Source: Cyanophora paradoxa CCMP329 (lineage: Eukaryota; Plantae; Glaucophyta). From it: a DNA stretch of 64,000 nt. The stretch covers positions 248,001 to 312,000 of the forward strand of contig QPMI01000036.1 in assembly GCA_004431415.1 (NCBI GenBank), read 5' to 3'. The stretch's first letter is position 1. Each line of letters begins with the position of its first letter. The position numbers and the translations under genes are program-made. A model generated the notes under the pieces. It was not told the origin of the DNA and searched no databases. It was given only the letters and a program-made list of their open reading frames with translations. Shown piece after piece: positions 11,901 through 25,100 of the stretch.

Positions 11901-13663
11901 CAACCGCAGGCTGCTGCTGCGCTGCGCCACTTGCCGCCGGAAGGGCGTTCCCGGGCGCCGGTGTGGCCGTTGCGCTCGCGGGCGGGGGCCGAGGCTTCTC
12001 CCAGGCCGGGGTAAGTTCGTCCTGGGGCGGGGTCAGCGGCGCCGGGCGGGGCGGGCGGGGCCGGCGCACGGTGAAGCGGAAGCACAGGTCGAGGACGATT
12101 TGGCCGTACCCTTTGGCGTCCTTCTTGTACGCCTGCTTGGTCTCCTCGTCGTCCGCCGGGGTGAACTTGCCCAGGTCCACGGTGAAGCTAGCGCTCGAAG
12201 CGTGAGGCGGCGAGGGCGCGCGGGGCGCGGGGCGGCGCACTCGAGGACGGGCTCCCGTTGGCGAGGTTGCGGAGGGGCACGCTGGCCTGCTGGCGGCGTG
12301 AGGGGCGGGGCAGGAGGGCGGGGGCGGGGCGGGGGTGCGGGCGGGCCTCGCAGACGCCGCGGGCCCCGCCGGACTTCTCCTCGTCCCAGACGGTGACGCG
12401 GAGGGCGTCCTTGGCGACGTCGGCGACGGACATCCACTCCGGCATCTCCCAGTCCCACGTTGGGTTCAAGCTCGAGACGCTCTTCGTCTGGCCCCCCGTC
12501 TTCCCGTTCAGCTGCACCTTCGCGATCGCGTCGATGTCGCTCCCCGCCAGCATAGCTGCCCGCCCCTCAGTGCCCGCCAAGCGCGCCGCTGCGAGCGGGC
12601 ACGCACAGTCCACCGCCGGCAGGTTTACCCCCCGCTTCACCCGCACGAACAGCTTCCCGGGGCCCGACGTCTGCCGTCCCACCTGACCGGGCTGTGTCGC
12701 CTGAACGGGCTGAGTCGGCTGGACGGGCTGAGTCGGCTGGCTGGGCTGTGTTGGCTGAACGGGCTGGGTTGGTTGAACGGGCTGAGTGGGCTGGACTGGC
12801 TGAGACGGCGTCGCCGGCTGCGCCATGACGCGTGAGTGCAGACAGCATCAGCGTTGCCGCGGACCGGACCTGAGGGTTTGCGGGCGTCGGCTGGGTCGCC
12901 GCCTGGTTGGCCGGCTGCGCCACCGGCTGCGGCGGAGCGGGGGGAGGCGGGCAGGGGGAGGCGGCGGCGAGGTCCAGGCCGCGTGCGTGGCTCCCTGCAC
13001 TGTCCATCAGTGACCGCCTGGGGCCGGGCGGTGCGCAGGCTGCGTGGGTAGTCTACGCGCCGTCGGCACAAAGTGGAGCTCGACGAGGATCTCCCCGAAC
13101 GTGTCGAACTGCTTCCCGAGCACCTTCTCATTTGACGCCGTTTGGAACATCTTTAGCGGCACGGGGCGCTGCCTGCGCACGGATCCCAGCGTGCTTGAGC
13201 GCCCCAGTGCTCCCGACACGCAGCGGTACGTACCCTGTCTGCTCAGTTCTGGGGATGCTGTTGGCGAGGTCCTTGAGCGGGAACAGAGCCTGCGCCGCAA
13301 GGTTCGGGCACACGACACCGGAGCCGGGAAACGAGCCGGTGCACCTCGCAGACGCCTCTCGCAGCGCCGATCTTCTCTGCGTCGAAGACTGCGACTTTGA
13401 GAACATCCTTGTTCGCGTCGTTTACCGGTAGGCGGTTAGCCTCGTAATTCCACTTCGGGTTCCGGTCGGTCTGCTTCGAGGATTCGCCGAGGAACTTGTC
13501 ATTGATGTACAATTTGGCGATGGCGTCGATGGAACCAAAAGCTGCGAGCAGTGAGGCCCAGGAGGCGGCGGCTACTCGCGCCTAGCCCGAGCGCACTGTC
13601 AACTTTGGGCAGATTCGTCGCGCTCTTGACGCGGACAAACAGATCGCCTGAAACCGCCGCCAT
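5943..13663 (-). CDS. Large multi-C2-domain protein (about 8-9 C2 domains, Pro/Tyr-rich region, short coiled coil); the only copy with both start and stop
   Basis: ATG 13663 [22 protein letters not shown]; repeated C2 motifs ([107 protein letters not shown]). Last exon ends GRLIGDR* at 5943-5945. Several homopolymer frameshifts. Confidence 0.85.
12687..12805 (-). repeat. Coding minisatellite encoding (QPV-QPT)n linker between C2 domains
   Basis: 9/18-bp units giving [40 protein letters not shown]; also at ~19302-19420 and ~28627-28745. Confidence 0.85.
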
Positions 13664-14104
13664 CTTTGCTTAGCTACTGTTGCTGCAGCACTGAGGGCAA
13701 TCCCGACGAGGCGTTCGGGCGGACGATGTCCGCTGCGGCGCGCTGTCGGCTAAGCTCGGGGAAGGCTTCTAAAGCTAGCGCCTGTCTCCCCGCATATCGT
13801 GCCGCGCTACGGGCGCTCCCAGTGGCCTGCGCCTGGCTCACTTTTGAACCGCCTTTTTTTCGAGCTGGGGTACGCCCCCAGTAGAGACCGTTGTCTTCAA
13901 GACGTGGCAGCCGTTCAGACAGCCAGAGCGTCGGCCGGCCTCGCCTCCAGCGCCCCAGGTCGCCAGCAGCGCACTCGAGCAGCACCTCAGATCAGCAGCG
14001 CTGCGCTGGGCTTCCCGAGATGGCGTCGCAGGTTTGTCCCCCGCCCGGGCCGCGGGGAAGGCGTCCGGGCGCGTTCGTACGCTCTGACCGTCCTTCTTCC
14101 TATA
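13664..14104. promoter_or_regulatory. Probable bidirectional promoter between the multi-C2 gene (-) and the coiled-coil gene (+)
   Basis: 441-bp lower-GC gap between divergent ATGs; repeated at 20281-20721 and 29601-30041. Confidence 0.5.
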
Positions 14105-15790
14105 ATGCAGAGGCAGCAGCCCTCTGGAGGCGAGGACCTGAGCATTTTGGAGCAAATACGCCGGAGCTTCGAGTGGCTCGCCCAGCCGCATGCTCAGAGT
14201 GCGCTCTGCATGCCCGTCCGCTCGGGAAATGATTCTTACGAGGGTCATTCGCCAGATGAGCATGCAAACGCCACGGTGACAGAGAACACCGGCCGCAGGT
14301 TCCCAACCCCCGCTTTTCGAGCGGCGTGGAGGATCTCGTGAACGTAAGTCGCTGCAACCTTATCGGCTCGCCGATGCTTTGGTTTTGATCACGCATCGCT
14401 CCCCCTGAGCAGTTCGACGCAACTGAGGAGTCGGGTCGCGCCCACGGGCCCAGTCCGGCCCGCGAAGTCGGGTGTCTGCCGACGATCATCCAGCAGCCCG
14501 GCTCATCCGGTGGCGGTTTCACATTCAGCACCGCGTCGTCTCGCCAGCGAGCCGGCGCCGAGTCGCCGGCGGGGAGGCAGTCGACTGGCCCGACGCGGCC
14601 GGGGAGCGGGCGGAGCCGGCGGCGGGAGTCCCGCGGGGCGCCCTCGTACCGCTCGAAGTCGCGCCGCTCGGCGCTCGAGCGAGAGGAGGAGTTCAAGAAG
14701 AAGGCCATCCAGTGCGCGGCGATCGCCCGTTCGTGTGGGCGGGGTGCCGGGCTGACGGCAGGGCAGGATCTCGGGGGAGCTGAACGCGCTGGCGACGCAG
14801 CTGACGGAGGACCACGTGCTGAACCCGAAGGTGCACAAGCTTGCCGAGGAGCTGGACCAGCTGCAGGACCCGACCAGCCGCCGCAACAACTCCCCACAAA
14901 GCTCGAGCAGCGCCTCAACACCATCTGGGCCCAGAGCCGCGTCCGCCCCGCCGCCCCGCGCGCCCTCCTCGCCCCGCCGGCGATCCCCGCGGCAGATCCT
15001 CCACATGAGCTACAACAGCATGTCGACAAGCGGGAGCGGGGTCTTCCCGTTCGGACTCAAGGGCGCCCTCGGCTCGTCGATGGCCTTCAGCGGTGGCGCC
15101 CACTCGACGTCGGTCTCCTTGGAGCTGCCGCGCGGGGCGCCCACCTCGGCGTACACCATCGGGCCGATCCCGCAGGCGGCGCCCGTCTCGCCGGACAGCA
15201 GCGTGAACCTGCAGTCCGCGACCGCCTCCCCGGCCGCCCTCGCCGCCTCCCCGGGGCGCCCCTCGGGCCCTGTCTCCGCCCACTCCATCTCCGGTCTCCG
15301 CGCCGAGGCCTCCCCCGCCTCCGTCCGCGGCGGCGCCTCTTCCGCGCGGCCCTCCTCCGGCAAGCCGCCGGCCGGCCCCGCCGCCGCCAAGACGCCGAGC
15401 CCGGGCCGCGAGCACGGTCGTCCCTCGCGGTGCGCTGCGCCCCTCCCCGGGTACGCGTTGCGTCGCCCGCCGACGCCCTCGCAGTGTGATGGTCGCGTCG
15501 GCTAAGCGCCCGTCCGCCGCCGCCGGCGCCGCCGCCGGGTGCGCCCCCCGAACGCTCGCCCGCGGGCTAGAGGCCGACGACGCGGGCGCAGGCGGGCGTC
15601 AGAGCGGCTGCGCGAGATGGAAGAGCAGCTGCACAAGGAGCGGGAGGCGGTGCGGATCCTCATGGCGCGCCTCCAGGAGGAGATGAAGGCGCGCGAGGAG
15701 GTCGAGACGAAGGCGAACGTCTCGCAGGAGCAGCTCGGCCGCAAGGACCTCGTCCTCGCCCGCGTAGGCCCCGCTCCCACCGCCGGCGCC
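14105..15790 (+). pseudogene. Truncated 5' copy of the coiled-coil gene (full copy 30042-34381)
   Basis: Starts MQRQQPSGGEDL; breaks inside an intron at the 15790/15791 junction. Confidence 0.7.
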
Positions 15791-18700
15791 TGCACCTGAG
15801 CGAAGAAGTCCTTGACGTTCTTGCGGGCCTTGCCGAGGAGGTTGTCCACCTTGGCGACGTCATCGTCCCACAGCTCGAGCTCCAGCGCCTGGTCGAACTC
15901 CACCAGCACCCTGCCCCCCGCCCCGCCCCGTCGCCCCGCGCCCCCCTCGCCCCGGCGGGGGCGGGGCGGGGCGGGCGTACACGTCGTCGAGCTGGTCGTT
16001 GAAGGTGACGAGCTCGCCCTTCTGGTCCTTCACCGTGCGCGTGCGCCGCTCCTCGCCCTGCACCTTCAGCACCACGTACGGGTCCGACGTGTTCTTCCCA
16101 CCAGCCGGAAGTCCGCCGCCGGCACGTTCTGCCCGTAAAGCACTGCGCCCCGCCTCAGCGCCGCCGGCGGGGGCGGGCCCGGCGGGGCGGGGCGGGCCCT
16201 TGAGGTTGAGGACGAAGCGGCCCGGGAGAAGAGGGCGAGGTCGATGGGCGGGGCGGTGCCGATGAGGGCCTCCTCGGCGGCGGCCTCCTGCTTGGCGACG
16301 ACGACGGCGGTCGAGGCCGGCCCCTCCATCTTCTCCGCCGCCTGCGTGATCTCCTCCTGCTTCGTGAACTTCGGCACGTAGAGCATCTTGACGACGACCT
16401 GGAGGGCGGGCCGGGCTGCCCCGAGGTGCCCCCCTCGAGGTTCCGAGTGAGCGTCTTCGTGCCGCCCCCGGGCCCGGGGCGCCCCGCCTCGGAGATCGGA
16501 ATCTCCACGATGCCGAGCAGCGTGTCCGGCATCGGCGAGTTGTCGTCGTAAAACTTGAGCTGGATCGTCTGCCCGGGGTCCCGCAGCGGCCTGCCGCCCC
16601 GCGTCAGGGGGAGCTACGCGGGGCGGCCGCCGGGGGCGCACAGCTGGTACTCGTCCTCGAAGACGGGCGAGTCCTGCTCGTCCATGATCTCCGTCCGCTC
16701 CCGCCGCCGCTTCTCCCCGCTCACCCACACCTCGCAGTACGGGTCGCAGAACTCTGCCGCCCCGCCCTCGCACCCCGCCCGGCGCGGGGCCGGCGCGGGC
16801 GGGGCGGCGGGCGCACTGGAGAAGACGAAGAGGCCCGTCTTCATCTTCAGGTTAAGCGCCTTCTCGACTGCGGCGGCGTCGGCGGGAGCGGCGGGGCGGG
16901 CCCGCGCGGGGCGGCGCACTGCGGAGGGTCAGGTCGCCCTGCACCTCCCCCTCGGGGATCTCCGCCTTGTCGCTCTCCCCCGCCGGTCGCACCCGCTGCC
17001 GCGTCGCGTCGCCTCGGGCCCGCGCGGGGCGGGCGGGCGGGGCGGGCGGGGCCGCACGGGGATGAACTGGGCCTGGATGGTGAGGAAGCCGACGGCGCGG
17101 CTGTGCTTGTCCAGCACCGGCTGCGTCAGCTGCACCACCTGCTGGCGCGCTCGGGCCGGCCGGCGGCGGGGCGGCGGGGCGGCGGGGCGGGGCGGGCCTT
17201 GTGCGGGGTGCGCATCTCGGTGCAGTTGAACTCGGCCATGCCGATCTCGTCGTCCTTCAGGAAGTCCTTGTCCAGCACGTCGCACTGCGCCCCGCCCTCG
17301 CACCCCACTCCGCCCAGGGCGGGCCGCGCCGCGCACCTTCAGCGTGCCCGAGGGGAGGTCCGACGAGAGCTCGCTGCGCCGCCCCTCAGCCGCGGAGGGG
17401 GCACAGCGGGGCGGGGCGGGGCGCGGACAAGGGCGGGAGGAGCTCATTCCAGGCGGGGTTCAGCTCGTTGTCGATGACCTTCGTCTTCTGCACCTGCTTC
17501 CGCAGCCGCACCCGCACGTACGGGTCCGACACGTCCTTCTTGTCGAACACTGAGGTCCCCGCCCCCTCGGCCCCAGGCCCGCGGGCGGGGGCGGGGCGGA
17601 CGGGGCGCACGGCTGGAGTCCATGTTCATGATGTCCTTCCCGCTGACGACCTTGACGAAAAGGTACGGCTTCGAGCTGTCGGGCGTCGCCCCCGGCGCCA
17701 CCAGCGTCAGCGGCACCCCCTGCCTCGCCATCCCGTCAGCCCCGCCAGGGCGCAGCGGAGCGGGGCATGCGGACGGGGGCGTGGGGGTCCTGCCCGGGCG
17801 GCTGCGGGGTCGTCTCCACCGCGGGGCTCCACGGCTGGAAGGCGGCCCCCTGCGGCCGGCGTCGGCGGCGCGGGGAGCGGCGGGGGCGGCCGGGCGGGCC
17901 TTGGGGACGAAGTGGAGGTCCAGGACGACGCTGCCGTACCCCGGGAGCGGCTTCCCCGTGTACGCGTTGTTCCCTCGAACTTGACCATCGGGAACGCGCG
18001 CCTGCCCGGCGTCGGCGCCCGGCGGGTGGCGCGGGCGCGCGGGGCGGACCCGAGGACGGGGTTGGGGCGGGGAGGCGAGCTGGGCGAGGGGGATGGAGAC
18101 CATGCAGACGCCGCGGGACTTGCCGAAGGTCTCCATGTCGAAGACCTGCACCTCCAGCGTCTCCGTCCCCACGTCCTGCACGTCGCTGCCCGCCCCGCTC
18201 GCCCCGCGCCCGGCGCCCCAAGCGGGGGGGCGGGGGGGGGGGGGGGGGGGGGGGGGCGCACAAGGGCCGCTCGGGGACGCCCATGGTCTTCTCGTCCCAG
18301 ACGGGGTTCAGGCTGTCCTTCCCCTTGGCCTCCTTGGTGAGGTGCAGCGTCTTCCCGCAGATGAGCTTCACGAAGGCGTCGAACTTGGACGTCCCCATCA
18401 TCCCGCTGTCCACCGCCGGCAGGCTCGTCGCCCCCTTCACCCGCACGTACAGGTCCCCCTTCTTCGGGTCCCCGTAGTACGCGCCCGTCCCCGGCCCGCC
18501 GCCGCCCCCGCGCCCCAACCGCAGGCTGCTGCTGCGCTGCGCCACTTGCCGCCGGAAGGGCGTTCCCGGGCGCCGGTGTGGCCGTTGCGCTCGCGGGCGG
18601 GGGCCGAGGCTTCTCCCAGGCCGGGGTAAGTTCGTCCTGGGGCGGGGTCAGCGGCGCCGGGCGGGGCGGGCGGGGCCGGCGCACGGTGAAGCGGAAGCAC

Positions 18701-20280
18701 AGGTCGAGGACGATTTGGCCGTACCCTTTGGCGTCCTTCTTGTACGCCTGCTTGGTCTCCTCGTCGTCCGCCGGGGTGAACTTGCCCAGGTCCACGGTGA
18801 AGCTAGCGCTCGAAGCGTGAGGCGGCGAGGGCGCGCGGGGCGCGGGGCGGCGCACTCGAGGACGGGCTCCCCGTTGGCGAGGTTGCGGAGGGGCACGCTG
18901 GCCTGCTGGCGGCGTGAGGGCGGGGCAGGAGGGCGGGGGCGGGGCGGGGGTGCGGGCGGGCCTCGCAGACGCCGCGGGCCCCGCCGGACTTCTCCTCGTC
19001 CCAGACGGTGACGCGGAGGGCGTCCTTGGCGACGTCGGCGACGGACATCCACTCCGGCATCTCCCAGTCCCACGTTGGGTTCAAGCTCGAGACGCTCTTC
19101 GTCTGGCCCCCCGTCTTCCCGTTCAGCTGCACCTTCGCGATCGCGTCGATGTCGCTCCCCGCCAGCATAGCTGCCCGCCCCTCAGTGCCCGCCAAGCGCG
19201 CCGCTGCGAGCGGGCACGCACAGTCCACCGCCGGCAGGTTTACCCCCCGCTTCACCCGCACGAACAGCTTCCCGGGGCCCGACGTCTGCCGTCCCACCTG
19301 ACCGGGCTGTGTCGCCTGAACGGGCTGAGTCGGCTGGACGGGCTGAGTCGGCTGGCTGGGCTGTGTTGGCTGAACGGGCTGGGTTGGTTGAACGGGCTGA
19401 GTGGGCTGGACTGGCTGAGACGGCGTCGCCGGCTGCGCCATGACGCGTGAGTGCAGACAGCATCAGCGTTGCCGCGGACCGGACCTGAGGGTTTGCGGGC
19501 GTCGGCTGGGTCGCCGCCTGGTTGGCCGGCTGCGCCACCGGCTGCGGCGGAGCGGGGGGAGGCGGGGCAGGGGGAGGCGGCGGCGAGGTCCAGGCCGCGT
19601 GCGTGGCTCCCTGCACTGTCCATCAGTGACCGCCTGGGGCCGGGCGGTGCGCAGGCTGCGTGGGTAGTCTACGCGCCGTCGGCACAAAGTGGAGCTCGAC
19701 GAGGATCTCCCCGAACGTGTCGAACTGCTTCCCGAGCACCTTCTCATTTGACGCCGTTTGGAACATCTTTAGCGGCACGGGGCGCTGCCTGCGCACGGAT
19801 CCCAGCGTGCTTGAGCGCCCCCAGTGCTCCCGACACGCAGCGGTACGTACCCTGTCTGCTCAGTTCTGGGGATGCTGTTGGCGAGGTCCTTGAGCGGGAA
19901 CAGAGCCTGCGCCGCAAGGTTCGGGCACACGACACCGGAGCCGGGAAACGAGCCGGTGCACCTCGCAGACGCCTCTCGCAGCGCCGATCTTCTCTGCGTC
20001 GAAGACTGCGACTTTGAGAACATCCTTGTTCGCGTCGTTTACCGGTAGGCGGTTAGCCTCGTAATTCCACTTCGGGTTCCGGTCGGTCTGCTTCGAGGAT
20101 TCGCCGAGGAACTTGTCATTGATGTACAATTTGGCGATGGCGTCGATGGAACCAAAAGCTGCGAGCAGTGAGGCCCAGGAGGCGGCGGCTACTCGCGCCT
20201 AGCCCGAGCGCACTGTCAACTTTGGGCAGATTCGTCGCGCTCTTGACGCGGACAAACAGATCGCCTGAAACCGCCGCCAT
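15791..20280 (-). pseudogene. 3'-truncated copy of the multi-C2 gene
   Basis: ATG 20280; ends 5 nt into the intron after KDFFAQ. Confidence 0.7.
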
Positions 20281-20721
20281 CTTTGCTTAGCTACTGTTGC
20301 TGCAGCACTGAGGGCAATCCCGACGAGGCGTTCGGGCGGACGATGTCCGCTGCGGCGCGCTGTCGGCTAAGCTCGGGGAAGGCTTCTAAAGCTAGCGCCT
20401 GTCTCCCCGCATATCGTGCCGCGCTACGGGCGCTCCCAGTGGCCTGCGCCTGGCTCACTTTTGAACCGCCTTTTTTTCGAGCTGGGGTACGCCCCCAGTA
20501 GAGACCGTTGTCTTCAAGACGTGGCAGCCGTTCAGACAGCCAGAGCGTCGGCCGGCCTCGCCTCCAGCGCCCCAGGTCGCCAGCAGCGCACTCGAGCAGC
20601 ACCTCAGATCAGCAGCGCTGCGCTGGGCTTCCCGAGATGGCGTCGCAGGTTTGTCCCCCGCCCGGGCCGCGGGGAAGGCGTCCGGGCGCGTTCGTACGCT
20701 CTGACCGTCCTTCTTCCTATA

Positions 20722-22124
20722 ATGCAGAGGCAGCAGCCCTCTGGAGGCGAGGACCTGAGCATTTTGGAGCAAATACGCCGGAGCTTCGAGTGGCTCGCCC
20801 AGCCGCATGCTCAGAGTGCGCTCTGCATGCCCGTCCGCTCGGGAAATGATTCTTACGAGGGTCATTCGCCAGATGAGCATGCAAACGCCACGGTGACAGA
20901 GAACACCGGCCGCAGGTTCCCAACCCCCCGCTTTTCGAGCGGCGTGGAGGATCTCGTGAACGTAAGTCGCTGCAACCTTATCGGCTCGCCGATGCTTTGG
21001 TTTTGATCACGCATCGCTCCCCCTGAGCAGTTCGACGCAACTGAGGAGTCGGGTCGCGCCCACGGGCCCAGTCCGGCCCGCGAAGTCGGGTGTCTGCCGA
21101 CGATCATCCAGCAGCCCGGCTCATCCGGTGGCGGTTTCACATTCAGCACCGCGTCGTCTCGCCAGCGAGCCGGCGCCGAGTCGCCGGCGGGGAGGCAGTC
21201 GACTGGCCCGACGCGGCCGGGGAGCGGGCGGAGCCGGCGGCGGGAGTCCCGCGGGGCGCCCTCGTACCGCTCGAAGTCGCGCCGCTCGGCGCTCGAGCGA
21301 GAGGAGGAGTTCAAGAAGAAGGCCATCCAGTGCGCGGCGATCGCCCGTTCGTGTGGGCGGGGTGCCGGGCTGACGGCAGGGCAGGATCTCGGGGGAGCTG
21401 AACGCGCTGGCGACGCAGCTGACGGAGGACCACGTGCTGAACCCGAAGGTGCACAAGCTTGCCGAGGAGCTGGACCAGCTGCAGGACCCGACCAGCCGCC
21501 GCAACAACTCCCCCACAAAGCTCGAGCAGCGCCTCAACACCATCTGGGCCCAGAGCCGCGTCCGCCCCGCCGCCCCGCGCGCCCTCCTCGCCCCGCCGGC
21601 GATCCCCGCGGCAGATCCTCCACATGAGCTACAACAGCATGTCGACAAGCGGGAGCGGGGTCTTCCCGTTCGGACTCAAGGGCGCCCTCGGCTCGTCGAT
21701 GGCCTTCAGCGGTGGCGCCCACTCGACGTCGGTCTCCTTGGAGCTGCCGCGCGGGGCGCCCACCTCGGCGTACACCATCGGGCCGATCCCGCAGGCGGCG
21801 CCCGTCTCGCCGGACAGCAGCGTGAACCTGCAGTCCGCGACCGCCTCCCCGGCCGCCCTCGCCGCCTCCCCGGGGCGCCCCTCGGGCCCTGTCTCCGCCC
21901 ACTCCATCTCCGGTCTCCGCGCCGAGGCCTCCCCCGCCTCCGTCCGCGGCGGCGCCTCTTCCGCGCGGCCCTCCTCCGGCAAGCCGCCGGCCGGCCCCGC
22001 CGCCGCCAAGACGCCGAGCCCGGGCCGCGAGCACGGTCGTCCCTCGCGGTGCGCTGCGCCCCTCCCCGGGTACGCGTTGCGTCGCCCGCCGACGCCCTCG
22101 CAGTGTGATGGTCGCGTCGGCTAA
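20722..22124 (+). pseudogene. Second truncated 5' copy of the coiled-coil gene
   Basis: ATG 20722; breaks mid-exon at GTCGGCTAAG. Confidence 0.7.
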
Positions 22125-25100
22125 GGGCCGGGGCGGGGCACCTGGGCGGTCTGCTGCTGGCGGAGGTTGCGCTTCAGGCGCTCGATCTCCTGCCGCAGCT
22201 CCCCGACCTCCTCCTCGGGGGGCCGGCCCCGCGGCCCGCGCCCCGCCCCGCCGCCCCGCCCCGTCCGCCGCCGCGAACGGGTCCTCCTCCACGTACCCCG
22301 CCCGCGGCGGGGCCGTCGCGCCCACGTCCGGCCCGCCGCCGGGCCCCGCCCGGGGCCCCCGCCGTCGCCGCGCCCCAGGCCGCGCGCGGGACCGGCGGCG
22401 GCGCCGGCATCGTCCCCGCCATGCCGTACGGCGCGGGGTAGGGCGCCGGTGCGTAGGGGTACGGGGGCGCGGCCACCGGCACGAAGCCCGGGTACGGCGG
22501 CATGGCGTAGGGGTAGGGGTAGGCGGGGCCGGGACGAGCATGGAGGCGGCGAGGTCGACGGGGGCGGGGCCTGGCGCGGGGCTGCGCCGCGGGGCGGGAC
22601 GTACTGGTAGGTCGCCCCGGGGCTCTGCGGCCGCCCCGGCGCCGCTGCGCCCTTCGAGGGCGACCCCGTCGCGCTCGCCGGCCGCCGCCGCCCCCCCGTC
22701 TGGCCCAGCGTCCGCCCCGCCGTCCCCTCCAGCGGCCGCGGCGGAGACTGCGGCGGCGCGCCGTACGGGGCGGCGTAGGGGTACGGGGCGGGGACGGGTA
22801 GGCGAGGGGGTGGCGAGGGGCGGGGCGGGGTAGGCGGGGAGGGGCGCCGGGGCGGGCGGGGCGTAGTAGGGGTCCGGGAGGGGCGGGCCCCAGTCGCCCT
22901 CGCCCGAGCCGTACGGGTCGTCCGGCTGCGCCCCGGCCGGCTCGAGGCGGGCGCGGCGGGAGCGGGCAAGGCGGGGGCGGGGCGGGGGCAGCGGACCGCG
23001 TCGGCGTACTGGAGGCGGACCTGGACACGGCCGCGGATCTTGCCGTCGTGCTCGGCGTCCTGCTGGAGCGTGCAGATGATGTCGTCGAGCTGGTGCTCCC
23101 GCAGCGTCGAGAGGGGCAGCTGCGACTCGCCCACCAGCCGCTCCGCCACCTCGTGCCCTCCCCCGTCACGTCGAAGATCCCGATCCGCAGGAACCCGTTG
23201 CCCCCGCCCGCGGCCCCGCGCCGGCGCCGGCGCCGCCTTCTCCGCGCGGCGCGGCTGCGGCGGGGCGGGGTGAGCGGGGCGGGAGGGCGGGGGCGGGGGC
23301 GGGGGCGGGTGCGGGGCGGGGGCGAGGGCCGCACGCGGGGCGGGCCGATGTACTGGAGGCGGAGGAAGGCCTCGGGGGAGGCCCCCGCGTAGCGCTTCCC
23401 CTTGGGGGCGGCGAGGCGGAACCACTGGGCCGTCTCCTGCTTCACCCCCGCGTTCCACCCGGCGAGCTCGGCCAGCGGGATGCGCAGCAAGCCGAGGCAC
23501 TCCTCGGGGCGCTGGGCGCGGGGCAGGGGCCGGTTGGGCTTGAGGCCGCGGAAGACGGTGAGGAGGAGGACGTCCTTGTGCTCCAGGTGCTCGCTGCCGC
23601 CCCATCAGACGACGGCAAAGCAGGGAGGGGCGGGGCGGGGGCGGACAAGAGGAAAGAGTCGTCGAACTTGACGGCGGCGCCGCGGTCCCCGGGGGCCAGC
23701 GCCACCCGCGCGCTCCGGCACCGGTCCCCGATCGCCACCTCCGTCCACACGTACGTCGTGTAGTCGGGCCCCACGCCGGCGGCGAAGGAGGGGCTCGAGG
23801 CCGGGAGGCGGCGGACGCGGAGCTGGGAGAGCTTGAGCTTGCCCGAGCGGCGCTGCTCCTCGCCGGCGAGGGGGTACGGGGTGGCGACGGAGGTGAGGGA
23901 GGAGTAGGAGGCGAGGGAGAGCTCGTCGACGAGTTCGCCGGCCTCCGACCCGAACGCCTCCGACGGCGCCGGCCACCGCGCCTCCGCATCCTCCTCCAGC
24001 TCCGGCTCGGGCCGCGGCCTCGGGGGCGGCGGCGGGGGCGGGGCCGGCTTGGGCGAGGGCGGCTTCTTGACGACGGAGGAGGACTTGACGGCGCGCACGG
24101 CCCGCGCCCCGCCCCCCGCCACCGGCAGGTCCCCCGCCGGCTCCTCCGGCTCCACCACCGGCGCCTGCCCGCCCCGTCAGGCGGGGCCGGGCCGGGGCGG
24201 GGAGGGCGGGCGGGGCGGCACCGGCTTGATGGGCCGCTCCATGGTGCGCGAGGGCGGGACCTTGGGCTTCGGCGGGGGCGGCGGGGGCGGCTCGGGCTCG
24301 GCGGGCGGGGGCGGGGGCGGGGCCGGCTCGGCCTTCGGGGGCGGCTTGGGGGCGGGGGCGGGGAGGGGCTGGAGGTCCTTGTAGAGGGGCCGCCAGAGGC
24401 CGCGGAAGACGAGCTGGCCGGCCGGCTGCCCCTGGAAGACCAGGGGGACGTCGATGTCGTCGGACTCGGCCCCGCCGGGGCCTCGGGCCCGGGCTTGGCG
24501 ATGCGGCGGATGTCGGCGACGGACATCTTGGCGGAGCCGACGAGGTCGTCCTTCGCGAGGGCCTGGTCGTCGAAGACCTCGAAGGTGACCTCGGAGGCGT
24601 CCCCCGCCACCTCGAAGTCGATCATCGCCTTGAACGCCTCCGCCCAGTCCGGGTCCGCCCCCTTGGCCTTCCCGTCCTGGAACTCGCACGCCTGCCCGTC
24701 CACCGACACCTTCACATACGGGTCCAGCGAGCGGTACTTGCTCGGCTTCCGCAGCCCCCGCGCCCGCAGCGCTGCCACCGGCGTCGGGCCGGCGGCGGCG
24801 GCGGTGGCGGGGGCGGGGGCGGGGGCGGGGGCGGACGGCGGAGAAAGAGGGAGCCGGCCTTCATGCCGGGGCCGTTGTAGGCGCCGCTCTTCTTGCAGGC
24901 GCGCGGGGCCTTGATGGCGGCCCCCTTCTGCGCCTCGATGACCCGCACCAGGACGACCACCTTGGTCGGCTCCGCGGGGCTCGGCGCCTTCCGCCCCGCC
25001 TCCAGCTGCACCTCGAACACCGACTTCGACACCGGCTGCGCGCCAGCCGCCGCAGGTCGGGGGATGCGGGGCCGGCGGGTGCGGGGGCCGGGCGGGGCGC

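Larger units (their letters stand above)
6225..15790. repeat. Segmental repeat, copy 1 (blocks X 6225-9189, Y 9190-15505, Z 15506-15790)
   Basis: Near-identical to 22125-31727; block Y is also repeated at 15791-22124. Confidence 0.95.
15791..22124. repeat. Segmental repeat, copy 2 (block Y only)
   Basis: Matches 9190-15505 and 25104-31443. Confidence 0.95.

Noticed and set aside
9700-12300. Frameshifts in the multi-C2 gene as pseudogenisation or programmed frameshifting
   Set aside because: They sit in G/C homopolymers and differ between the three copies, as expected of long-read errors.
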